A stretch of DNA of 64,000 nt from a virus, in the IMG/VR virus record IMGVR_UViG_3300002092_001548, positions 64,001-128,000 of that record. One strand, written 5' to 3'. The translations under genes and the position numbers were made by a program. Under the pieces are notes generated by a model, which saw only the letters and a program-made list of their open reading frames with translations, was not told the origin of the DNA and searched no databases. Positions 28,242-37,225 of the stretch are shown one piece after another (position 1 is the first letter of the stretch; each line of letters opens with the position of its first letter).

Positions 28242-29546
28242 ATGCCCAGTAGAAAAGAAAAAATATTATCCTTTATCTCCACGCTAGAATCAGAAGAAAA
28301 TTTATCAATACCACAGTTTTGTTACAATACCAAGACTAATTCTGATCCTAAAAAAGTTTTTTATGGCGGCCCTTCTTACAGTAAAGAAGAAATCACGGAA
28401 GCTATCGATAGCCTGTTATTTGGTAAGTGGCTAGTTAGCGGAGAAAAAGTAGCTAAATTTGAAAAAGAATTTTCTAGTAAAATAAATCAAAAACATTCAG
28501 TAATGGTAAACTCTGGCAGTTCTGCCAATCTGGTTATGATTGCGGCACTCAAAAAATATTTAAAATGGAATGAAAATGATGAAATATTAATTTCCGTAGT
28601 TGGTTTTCCCACCACATTGAACCCAATCATTCAAAATAACTTAAAACCAATTTTTGTCGATATTGAATTCAATACATTGAATTTTTGCCTAAAAGATTTA
28701 GAATGTAAAATTACAAATACGACCAAAGCAATTTTTATTTCTCCAGTATTGGGCAACCCCCCAGATATGGATCTATTGATTAGCATATCACAAAAATATA
28801 ATATTCATCTAATTTTAGACGGATGCGATAGCTTCGGTAGTAAATGGAATGAAAAGTATTTAAATGAATATTGCATTGCATCCAGTTGCTCATTTTATCC
28901 CGCCCACCACCTAACTACTGGCGAAGGAGGTATGGTATCATCAAATATTGAAGAGATTGTTAATATATCGAGAAGCCTAGCTTGGTGGGGTAGGGACTGT
29001 TATTGTATTGGTAGCTGTAACCTACTAGCAAATGGATCCTGCAATAAAAGGTTTTCCAACTGGATTGCAGAAATACCGTATGAAATAGACCATAAATATT
29101 ATTTTACTAATATTGGCTATAATTTAAAACCCCTTGACCTACAGGGCGCAATAGGATTAGTACAACTAGCAAAAATGGACGAATTCGAAACAATTAGGAA
29201 AAATAATAAACAAAGAATTCAACATATCTTATCAAAGATTAATGGAATTTCTTTCCCCAATACATATCCACAATCAGATGTTTCTTGGTTTGGGGTTCCT
29301 ATTATTTGTGAATCGTTTGCAATTAAATGCAAACTAGTATCATTTTTTGAAAAGAATGGTTTACAAACAAGAAATTATTTTGCTGGAAATATTTTACTAC
29401 ACCCCGCATATAAACATTTAGACAACTATGTAAATTATCCTAATGCTAATCAAGTTTTAGAAAAAGTGTTTTTCATTGGTTGCTCGCCAACAATAAGTAC
29501 TGTAAATATAAATTATATTGCAGATCTTATTAAAACTTATGAATAG
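28242..29546 (+). CDS. rfbH: NDP-4-keto-6-deoxyhexose 3-dehydrase (E1/RfbH/DdhC-like, DegT superfamily)
   Basis: VNSGSSAN, SFYPAHHLTTGEGG (His at the usual PLP-lysine position), WGRDCYC...C Fe-S-type motif, DHKY, GYNLK, FAGN. Confidence 0.88.
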   Translation: MPSRKEKILSFISTLESEENLSIPQFCYNTKTNSDPKKVFYGGPSYSKEEITEAIDSLLFGKWLVSGEKVAKFEKEFSSKINQKHSVMVNSGSSANLVMIAALKKYLKWNENDEILISVVGFPTTLNPIIQNNLKPIFVDIEFNTLNFCLKDLECKITNTTKAIFISPVLGNPPDMDLLISISQKYNIHLILDGCDSFGSKWNEKYLNEYCIASSCSFYPAHHLTTGEGGMVSSNIEEIVNISRSLAWWGRDCYCIGSCNLLANGSCNKRFSNWIAEIPYEIDHKYYFTNIGYNLKPLDLQGAIGLVQLAKMDEFETIRKNNKQRIQHILSKINGISFPNTYPQSDVSWFGVPIICESFAIKCKLVSFFEKNGLQTRNYFAGNILLHPAYKHLDNYVNYPNANQVLEKVFFIGCSPTISTVNINYIADLIKTYE

Positions 29547-30372
29547 TAAAATAGATCTTTTTGGTGGCACGGGATTTATTGGAACAAAGTTTCTTGACCT
29601 GTATGGGACTATAACACATCTTCATGATCGTGAAGACAACGTGCCGTTAACTGGGGAATATGAAAATTTACTATACATGATAAGTACTACTGATAATTAT
29701 AATGTACTAACTAATCCACATCTTGATATAGACACCAATCTTACTAAATTAATAAAAGTACTAAATAACTGTAAAAATTCTGGCATAATATTTAATTATA
29801 TTAGCACATGGTTTGTATATGGGGACTCAGAGGTTCCAGCGAGAGAAGGCTCACCCTGCAACCCAAGGGGGTTTTACTCTATAACAAAAAAATGTGCTGA
29901 AGATTTAGTTATTAGTTTTTGCAAAACTTTTGATATAAAATATAAAATATTACGCTTAGGAAATGTTTATGGCACAAATGACAAAAACGTTTCGAAAAAG
30001 AAAAATGCGCTTGGTTATTTAACCAATGAAATAAAAAACAATAGAGATATTAATTTATATTTTAATGGAAACTTTATTAGAGACTATATACACGTAAGCG
30101 ACGCATGTAGAGCTATTAAGCTGTGTATAGAAAAAGGAGAAGTAAATTCTATTTATAATATTTCAAACGGAGTACCATTAGTATTCAAAGACTTAATAAA
30201 TTATATTATATCAAAAACACAATCTACATCGAAAATAACCCCTATAGATCAACCTAAATTTCATAAAATTGCACAAATTAAAGATATGTATCTTAATTCT
30301 GAGCGTTTATTTAGTCTGGGATATAAACCTAAAATTGATATTTTTAAAGGATTGAATATGTTGTGTAAATAG
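29539..30372 (+). CDS. NAD-dependent epimerase/dehydratase (SDR)
   Basis: GGTGFIG, YSITK (YxxxK), RLGNVYG, RDYIHVSD. Confidence 0.9.
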   Translation: MNSKIDLFGGTGFIGTKFLDLYGTITHLHDREDNVPLTGEYENLLYMISTTDNYNVLTNPHLDIDTNLTKLIKVLNNCKNSGIIFNYISTWFVYGDSEVPAREGSPCNPRGFYSITKKCAEDLVISFCKTFDIKYKILRLGNVYGTNDKNVSKKKNALGYLTNEIKNNRDINLYFNGNFIRDYIHVSDACRAIKLCIEKGEVNSIYNISNGVPLVFKDLINYIISKTQSTSKITPIDQPKFHKIAQIKDMYLNSERLFSLGYKPKIDIFKGLNMLCK

Positions 30373-30387
30373 ACTAAAATAAAAGTC

Positions 30388-30801
30388 ATGAAATTCAAAA
30401 ACATTTACGGCAGAGAAGTAAATAAAAATATTACTCCTTATATTACAGACTGGAACGAAGTAAAAGGAAGCAAAGCGCAATTTAACGTAAAGAAATTTTT
30501 TGAACAATATTGGTCTGGACAAGTTATTTGTGAAGAATTTCCCGTGGCCGGGTCGAGAATGCGTTGTGACCTCATTAATTTTACAAAAAAGATTGCCGTA
30601 GAAACGCACGGACAACAGCACGACAAGTTCGTACCCTTCTTCCACAAGAACAGAACAAACTTTAAAAACAGCTTTAAACGCGACCTAGTCAAATATAACT
30701 GGCTGGAATTAAATGGTTTTACAGTAATAGAAATATTTGATAATGAAATCAAGGATTTGTCTCGTGAATGGATAAAAGAAAAGTTTGGTATTGAAATTTA
30801 A
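30388..30801 (+). CDS. Vsr/DUF559-like PD-(D/E)xK endonuclease
   Basis: EEFPV, RCD, IAVETHGQQH, RDLVK..WLELNG. Confidence 0.75.
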   Translation: MKFKNIYGREVNKNITPYITDWNEVKGSKAQFNVKKFFEQYWSGQVICEEFPVAGSRMRCDLINFTKKIAVETHGQQHDKFVPFFHKNRTNFKNSFKRDLVKYNWLELNGFTVIEIFDNEIKDLSREWIKEKFGIEI

Positions 30802-30825
30802 TTAAAAATATTGTACTATAGAAGG

Positions 30826-31434
30826 ATGAGTACCTTTTATATTGGAGTAAGTGGGGTAGCAAGGGCTGGCAAAGATAGTTTTACAAACGCTCTTCTGCAA
30901 ATCATTAATAATGACGGTTTTAATGCAAAGCGTTTTGCTCTGGCTGAACCTCTGAAAAATGATTGTAAACAATTTATACACGACAAATTAGGCCTAGATG
31001 TCTGGACGGACAATACGGAAGAAAAATCTATTTTCAGAGAACTTCTAGTCTGGTACGGAAAAGTTAAACGCCAACAAACCCAAGGAAAGTATTGGACATC
31101 GCTTTTAGATGAGCATGTAAGTCAAGTTAAACCAAAGGTTTGTATTATCTCTGATATTCGTTACCAACAATATGACGAAGATGAGGTTCACTGGCTTAAG
31201 AATAAAAAAAATGGAATTTTAATTCATATTGAAAGAACAGATATTGAAGGTAAGGTTATTCCCCCGGCCAATATGGACGAAACAATTAATGATTCGATTG
31301 TAAAAGAACACGCCGATTACAAAGTATGTTGGCCTACAGTTGGTGTAGAGGATCTTTATCTTCTCGACACTTACGCAAAAAACGCTTATGATTCAGTAGT
31401 CCGAGAAAAACTATATGCAACAAAAAATTCGTAG
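30826..31434 (+). CDS. Deoxynucleoside monophosphate kinase
   Basis: IGVSGVARAGKDS, FALAEPLK, RELLVWYG, IISDIRY. Confidence 0.85.
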   Translation: MSTFYIGVSGVARAGKDSFTNALLQIINNDGFNAKRFALAEPLKNDCKQFIHDKLGLDVWTDNTEEKSIFRELLVWYGKVKRQQTQGKYWTSLLDEHVSQVKPKVCIISDIRYQQYDEDEVHWLKNKKNGILIHIERTDIEGKVIPPANMDETINDSIVKEHADYKVCWPTVGVEDLYLLDTYAKNAYDSVVREKLYATKNS

Positions 31435-32899
31435 TGTCAATGTAGAGAAGCACGTTCTAGCGGGGTTCATCAAGCACCCGCAGTCGTATCACGATGTAGC
31501 TCATTTTATCAATGAGCAAGACTTTACTAATGGTCATAAGACTATTTTTGGGGTTATCAAGAATCAGATTATTCACAATCAGCCGCTTGACGCAGTTATT
31601 ATTGCCGAGAAGATGAAGAATCTTGGTATTAACTTCAATAAGCCTGATTTTAATATTTTTGACTACGTTGAGAGTCTTACTTTCCTCAAGATTAGTGAGA
31701 AGTCACTACTGGCATCATGTAAAGAGCTAAAAACCGTAACGATCAGAAGAGAAATTTCCGAAGTTTCCTCGCAAATTCAAGAAGCGATGGCTGGCGCTGG
31801 CGACCAGAGTCCAGATAAGATTATTAGTCTTGCTGATAAAATGTATAATGATAAGATTAGTGCATATGATTTAGATGTTAAACCTGAGGATTTATTTGCT
31901 AATATCGAGCAGATGATTGAAGAGAGGGCTAACGCGCCAGTTAGTGAATTAGGATACGTAACCCCTTATAAGAACTTTAATCAGATGTATGGTGGGCTAA
32001 GACCGGGAGAGCTATACGCTTGGGTTTCTCGACCAAAACATGGTAAGTCAACAATTCTTAATGATATCGCGACAAAGGCCACGATCATTAATCCAAAAAT
32101 GCGATCATTGGTTCTCGATACAGAAATGCAGACCAATGTAATGAAGTTCCGTATTGCAAGTGCCATCACAGGAATTCCAATGTGGTATCTTGAGACGGGT
32201 AACTTTAAAAATAATAAAGAGCTTTGGGCGAGATGGAACAGCAAGAAGACAGAACTATCAATGATTCAAGGTCGCGTGAATCATATGCAAGTTGCCGGAA
32301 AGCCAGTTGAAGAAATTGAATCAATTATTCAGCGTTGGTATTTGAGTGAAGTCGGCCGTGGAAATCCAGCCATTGTAGTTTACGATTATATTAAATTAAC
32401 TGGTGAATCTGGTAATGGAAATAAACAGGAATATCAATTGATTGGAGATAAGGTTGACTCGTTAAAGAACGTATCAGTTCGCCTTAACATTCCACTACTA
32501 ACTGCCTGTCAGTTAAACAGGAGCGCAGAGAACGGAACGGATGATAGCTCTGCAATCGCACAGAGCGATCGTCTTCAGTGGTTTGCCGCTTATGTTGGTA
32601 TATTTAGAAGAAAAACCCTAGATGAACAGGCAGAAGATGGATTGAACTATGGTAGCCACAAGATGATTGAATTAGCTGCCCGTTACCAAGGAAAGCATTC
32701 ACATGGTCATAGCGATCTTGTTAAGATCAAGGAAGGTAATCAGACCAAGTTTAAAAAGAACTTCATTTCTTTTGATGTTAATAATTTTAATGTAACAGAG
32801 AAAGCAACCCTTCAAGAGATTGTTGATTCTAAAAATGGAATTAAAGTCGATGTATTCGACAGAGATTACAAGGAAGAAGACGACGAAGGACTACTATGA
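31415..32899 (+). CDS. dnaB: Replicative DNA helicase
   Basis: EKHVLAG, GGLRPGEL, SRPKHGKS, LDTEM, VYDYIKL, CQLNR, SDRL. Confidence 0.9.
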   Translation: MQQKIRSVNVEKHVLAGFIKHPQSYHDVAHFINEQDFTNGHKTIFGVIKNQIIHNQPLDAVIIAEKMKNLGINFNKPDFNIFDYVESLTFLKISEKSLLASCKELKTVTIRREISEVSSQIQEAMAGAGDQSPDKIISLADKMYNDKISAYDLDVKPEDLFANIEQMIEERANAPVSELGYVTPYKNFNQMYGGLRPGELYAWVSRPKHGKSTILNDIATKATIINPKMRSLVLDTEMQTNVMKFRIASAITGIPMWYLETGNFKNNKELWARWNSKKTELSMIQGRVNHMQVAGKPVEEIESIIQRWYLSEVGRGNPAIVVYDYIKLTGESGNGNKQEYQLIGDKVDSLKNVSVRLNIPLLTACQLNRSAENGTDDSSAIAQSDRLQWFAAYVGIFRRKTLDEQAEDGLNYGSHKMIELAARYQGKHSHGHSDLVKIKEGNQTKFKKNFISFDVNNFNVTEKATLQEIVDSKNGIKVDVFDRDYKEEDDEGLL

Positions 32900-33795
32900 A
32901 CCTATTTGAAGTATTAAAAGGCGCCGGGTGCCAACCTCGTAACTATGGAACGTATTATACATGTACTGCAAAGTATCGTGGCGGTGACGATCCTAGCTCC
33001 GTAGCCGTTTATCTTCAAACGCAAACAGTAAAAGATTTTGTTACTAGTAAAACAATGTCTCTAGAAGAGTTCTTAAAGAGAACCCTTGACTTGAAAACTC
33101 CAGAGCAATTAAAGAAGATAATGGATGGCACGGCGAGTTATTTTTCTTCGGCATTCGATAATGACCAAGATGATCCATTCAATAAAACAACTCGTTATTA
33201 TTCCAGTGATGATATTGTTTCATTAATTCAAGACCCCTCATACTGGGAGGGGAGGGGTGTAAAAGAATCGGCCCTAAAAGATTTCAAGGGAGGGGTTTGT
33301 ACTTCTGGTAAAATGTATAACAGATATGTCTTCCCAATATTTAACTCAAGAAATAAAATCGAAGGATTCTCTGGTAGAGATATATCTGGCAAGTCGCCCA
33401 TTAAATGGAAGCATATTGGTAAAAAAGCAGATTGGGCATACCCTCTTATTTTTAGTTATAAATATATTACAGAACAGAATAGTATTATTTTAGTTGAAAG
33501 TATTGGTGACATGCTATCGTTATGGCAGAGTGGAATTAAAAATTTAGGTGTAACATTTGGCACGGAAATGGGCGCAGGATTATTAAAAGCTATCTTGCGC
33601 TTAGATCCAAAAAGTATTATTATTGCAACTAATAATGATATAAACCAAGCTGGACAACGAGCGGCCACTAAGATCAAAAAGAAATTAGTAGAGTTTTTCG
33701 ACGAGAGCCAGATTAAAATCTGTCACCCACAGAAGAATGATTTTGGAGAGCAGTCTGAACAAGAAAATTTAGCTTGGTTAAAAACTATAAAATAA
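32896..33795 (+). CDS. dnaG: DNA primase (TOPRIM)
   Basis: RYVFPI, GFSGR, KWKH, ILVESIGDMLSL, ATNND, NDFGE. Confidence 0.85.
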   Translation: MNLFEVLKGAGCQPRNYGTYYTCTAKYRGGDDPSSVAVYLQTQTVKDFVTSKTMSLEEFLKRTLDLKTPEQLKKIMDGTASYFSSAFDNDQDDPFNKTTRYYSSDDIVSLIQDPSYWEGRGVKESALKDFKGGVCTSGKMYNRYVFPIFNSRNKIEGFSGRDISGKSPIKWKHIGKKADWAYPLIFSYKYITEQNSIILVESIGDMLSLWQSGIKNLGVTFGTEMGAGLLKAILRLDPKSIIIATNNDINQAGQRAATKIKKKLVEFFDESQIKICHPQKNDFGEQSEQENLAWLKTIK

Positions 33796-33796
33796 T

Positions 33797-34282
33797 ATGA
33801 ACTGGACAGAATACTACATGCGCCATCAATACTTGGCATCTGAAAAAAGCAAAGATCCAAGCACAAAGATTGGGGCATTACTTGTTCGTGACGACAACAT
33901 CGTTTCTTTGGGATACAATGGTTTCCCAAGGGGCATTAATGACTCAAATCAAAGACTAGAAAATAGAGAAGAAAAATACTTTTATGTAGTTCACGCGGAA
34001 CATAATGCAATTTTAAATGCCGCCCGAAATGGCATAGCAACAAAAGGCGCAACACTTTATACATCTGGAATGCCCTGTAGTGAATGCGCAAAAGCTATTA
34101 TTCAAGCGGGAATCAATGTAGTTTATATTCACAAGCAATATCCAAGTCTTTCGCACGGAAAGTGGAACAAATCCGTATCTAAAGCAGAAGAGATGTTTGA
34201 TGAGGCTGGAATTTTTGTAGCTGATTTTGATAAACCATTAAATATTGAATGTTTAATTAACGGCGAGAAGGTCACGGTATGA
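33797..34282 (+). CDS. dCMP deaminase
   Basis: SKDPSTKIGA, GYNGFPRG, HAEHNAI, PCSECAK. Confidence 0.93.
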   Translation: MNWTEYYMRHQYLASEKSKDPSTKIGALLVRDDNIVSLGYNGFPRGINDSNQRLENREEKYFYVVHAEHNAILNAARNGIATKGATLYTSGMPCSECAKAIIQAGINVVYIHKQYPSLSHGKWNKSVSKAEEMFDEAGIFVADFDKPLNIECLINGEKVTV

Positions 34283-35271
34283 GTGAACTAGTTAGACTTT
34301 CCGCAAGTAGGATTAAAACCCTACAGACATGTTCTTGGACATATTACGCAAACTATGTCCTAAAACTTCCACAAAAGAATAACTCTGGCGCGATGAGAGG
34401 TACTATTGCCCACTTGGTTTTTGAAATTCTCTCAAACCCAAGGCACGAGAAATATGTAAAGAAAATCATCAAGGCCGGGACATGCAAGAAAGTTAAATCT
34501 GTATGGAAACTAATTTTCAAGAATGCTAAAAAAATGAACCTTGATTTAGATGAGATAGTCAAGCCTATCAAAAAAGAAGGGGATATGACAAACTTAAAAT
34601 GCATTGATACAATGATTCAAGTTGGTCTAAAATATGATTTTATTAATGAGCAAAAATTAATAGGTAGTGAGTGGGCATTTGATATTACAAACGAAAGCCC
34701 TAAATATCGAATCCTAGGCTTTGTAGATCGACTTGTTGAAGATAATGGTACGCTAATTATCAGAGATTACAAGAGTAGCAAAAAAACATTTAGTGGAGAA
34801 GAGCTAGAAAGCAATCTTCAATCAATGATGTATTCATTAGCTGCCCGAAATAAATATCCAGACTATAAGAATGTTAATGTTAAATTTTTATTTCTAAGAT
34901 ATCCTGATGCCCCAGAGCAATCATCTCCAGAATTCAGCGATATAGAATTAGCAGGATTTGAACATTATCTGGAGTATATCAGTAATCAATTACAAAACTT
35001 CACAGAAGAGAAGGGTAAGGCTAATTTTGCCAAGCATGACTTCAGTAAAAAATGGATGTGCCAAACAAAGTCTGGATGGAAATGTCCATACCTTGAGGCC
35101 ATGCAATACCAAGCCCTTGTAGATAAAGATGATAAGACTATTAAATGTATTTTTAATACTGAAGAATTTAAAGCAGAAGAAATTAAAGAAGGTTATAAGG
35201 TTGAGATTCGTAATTACGAAGGTTGTCCTGCATGGAAGACAAAAGTAATGAAAGATCCATTTGACTTTTAA
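34279..35271 (+). CDS. PD-(D/E)xK (RecB/Cas4-like) exonuclease
   Basis: LSASRIK..QTC, RGTIAH, GFVDRL, IRDYKS, Q..MY and C-terminal Cys residues. Confidence 0.85.
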   Translation: MSELVRLSASRIKTLQTCSWTYYANYVLKLPQKNNSGAMRGTIAHLVFEILSNPRHEKYVKKIIKAGTCKKVKSVWKLIFKNAKKMNLDLDEIVKPIKKEGDMTNLKCIDTMIQVGLKYDFINEQKLIGSEWAFDITNESPKYRILGFVDRLVEDNGTLIIRDYKSSKKTFSGEELESNLQSMMYSLAARNKYPDYKNVNVKFLFLRYPDAPEQSSPEFSDIELAGFEHYLEYISNQLQNFTEEKGKANFAKHDFSKKWMCQTKSGWKCPYLEAMQYQALVDKDDKTIKCIFNTEEFKAEEIKEGYKVEIRNYEGCPAWKTKVMKDPFDF

Positions 35272-35289
35272 CAAAAGTTATAATAGAAT
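35261..35289 (+). promoter_or_regulatory. Sigma-70-type promoter (leaderless)
   Basis: TTGACT-17 nt-TAGAAT, ATG 6 nt downstream. Confidence 0.7.
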
Positions 35290-35295
35290 GGTGGA

Positions 35296-35856
35296 ATGCA
35301 ATATATATGCGTTAACCAAATCAATGAACAGGGTCTCCGTAGGTTTCGTCAGGAATTTTGGAATCTAGATAGAAATTCAGCACAACCGATAATTCCCATT
35401 ATTATTGACAGTTATGGGGGCGATGTTTATTCAGTTTTCGGAATGATTAGCTTGATTAAATCAAGTCATAAGAACATTGCTACAATTTGCGACTCAAAAG
35501 CAATGAGCGCCGGGGCAGTTCTTCTATCTGCCGGAACGAAGGGGTTAAGATTCGCAAGTGAATATGCTCATATCATGGTTCACGAGGTTCTAACGGGAAA
35601 CCCCCACGCTAAAATCAGTGATATTAATATTGATACAAATCATGCGATGTCACTAAACAAGCAGATTTTCTCAATGCTAGATAAGAATTGCTCTCAGAAG
35701 CCCGGCTTCTTTTTGAAGTTGGTTGATACAAACAAAAATAGCAATTTATATTTAACTTCCAAACAGGCCAAAAAATATGGTATAGTTGATCATGTTGATG
35801 TTCCCAAGCTAGAAGTTAATACGGAATTTTCAATCTTGCAGTCCTCACTAAAGTAA
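35296..35856 (+). CDS. ClpP-like (S14) protease
   Basis: IDSYGGDVY, AMSAGAVLL, IMVHE, YLTSKQAKKYGIVD. Confidence 0.85.
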   Translation: MQYICVNQINEQGLRRFRQEFWNLDRNSAQPIIPIIIDSYGGDVYSVFGMISLIKSSHKNIATICDSKAMSAGAVLLSAGTKGLRFASEYAHIMVHEVLTGNPHAKISDINIDTNHAMSLNKQIFSMLDKNCSQKPGFFLKLVDTNKNSNLYLTSKQAKKYGIVDHVDVPKLEVNTEFSILQSSLK

Positions 35857-36603
35857 ATGACACTTCCAATCTTCAGATCTAACTATTCTCTCACCTCCAT
35901 ACTGACTCTCGATCAGTATAAGAAGACCGAAGATAGAAAGCTAAATCGCGCAGATTCTATTTTCAATATTTGTTCAGATCTGGGTTTGAAGGATGTATTT
36001 ATTGCAGATAATAATCTAAGCGGTCTTGTTGAGGCGTATGAGAACGCAAGCGATGCCGGATTAAATTTGAGATTTGGATACAGAGTGACTGTTTGTGAGA
36101 ATATAGAAGATAAAACTGAAGCCTCCAAGAAAACAGAAAGCAAACTAATTCTCTTTGCAAAGAAGGATAGTTTTATTGATTTAATTAAACTTCATAACCT
36201 TTCTACTAGCGAGGGCTTCTACGACGGAAGGGCGCGACTAGATTACAAAACAATTCGTAATAATTGGACTAAAAATCTCATGATGGTCATACCATTTTAC
36301 GATTCTTATATATTTAATAATTTACTATATGGTAAGGAATGTATTCCAGATATCGACTTTGCGAATCCATATATTTGCATTGAGAATAATAGCTTACCAT
36401 TTGACGGTCTAGTCAAAGATCAGATTCTTTCGAGCGTAAAATATAATCAGATTGACACGAAAACAATTTACTATAAGGACAAAAAAGACTTTAATGCATA
36501 TATGACGTATCGCTGTATTTTGAACCGAACAACATTCCAGAAGCCAGAACTGGCCCATTTCGGAAGTAACGAGTTTTGTATGGAGGCTATTTATGCAGGA
36601 TAA
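35857..36603 (+). CDS. Stand-alone PHP domain of DNA polymerase III alpha
   Basis: FRSNYS..SIL, IADNNLSG, LILFAK, LIKL, GFY..ARLD. Confidence 0.8.
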   Translation: MTLPIFRSNYSLTSILTLDQYKKTEDRKLNRADSIFNICSDLGLKDVFIADNNLSGLVEAYENASDAGLNLRFGYRVTVCENIEDKTEASKKTESKLILFAKKDSFIDLIKLHNLSTSEGFYDGRARLDYKTIRNNWTKNLMMVIPFYDSYIFNNLLYGKECIPDIDFANPYICIENNSLPFDGLVKDQILSSVKYNQIDTKTIYYKDKKDFNAYMTYRCILNRTTFQKPELAHFGSNEFCMEAIYAG

Positions 36604-37225
36604 TCTTTTAAGATTTAAAAAAGACCAGAAGTATATAACCTGGGACACAGAAACGGAATCGTTGAACTTGGTTAACTCTAGACCTTGGCAAATTTCTTGG
36701 GCAATCTCCAAAGGAGACAAAGTTCTTAAGCATGAAGACAGATTCTTACATTGGGACGATTTAAAAATGTCCGATGGCGCGGCAAAGATTACTCGTTTTG
36801 ATCGCACAAAGTGGGCTAGTAGGGCAGAGGATCCGAAAAAGGTTCTTGCGGATTTTGATAAGTATTTATATGATCCAGAGTATCTTATCTTAGGCGCGAA
36901 TCTATTTGGTTTTGATATATACCAACATAACAATGCTCGTAGAGAGGTTGGACTAAAAACTGATTATTCTTATATTAATAGAATTATTGACGTTCAAGCT
37001 ATACAGAAGGGGATCTATCTTGGGCTGAAGTCTATTCCAGAAAATAGAACCGCCTGGCACTATCAAATGCAAAATTTCCGACAGAGAGGAATGAAGACCT
37101 CAGTAAAACACCTTTGTTCAGTATATGATATTGACTATGATGAAAATAAAGCACATGATGCTGTATATGACAACAATCTAGTTTTTTCTATTTTTAGAAA
37201 GCAGATCCTTACAATCGAAATATGA
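36593..37225 (+). CDS. DEDDh 3'-5' exonuclease (DnaQ-like)
   Basis: WDTETE, GANLFGFD, IDVQ, AHDAVYD. Confidence 0.88.
   Translation: MQDNLLRFKKDQKYITWDTETESLNLVNSRPWQISWAISKGDKVLKHEDRFLHWDDLKMSDGAAKITRFDRTKWASRAEDPKKVLADFDKYLYDPEYLILGANLFGFDIYQHNNARREVGLKTDYSYINRIIDVQAIQKGIYLGLKSIPENRTAWHYQMQNFRQRGMKTSVKHLCSVYDIDYDENKAHDAVYDNNLVFSIFRKQILTIEI

Noticed and set aside
18681-30372. Bacterial O-antigen locus (chromosomal origin or misassembly)
   Set aside because: No flippase, polymerase or ABC exporter is present, recA is embedded in the cluster, and the genes are coupled to phage-type replication genes in the same style
34279-35271. CRISPR-Cas locus suggested by the Cas4-like nuclease
   Set aside because: No repeat-spacer array or other cas gene is seen; such nucleases are routine in phage replication modules
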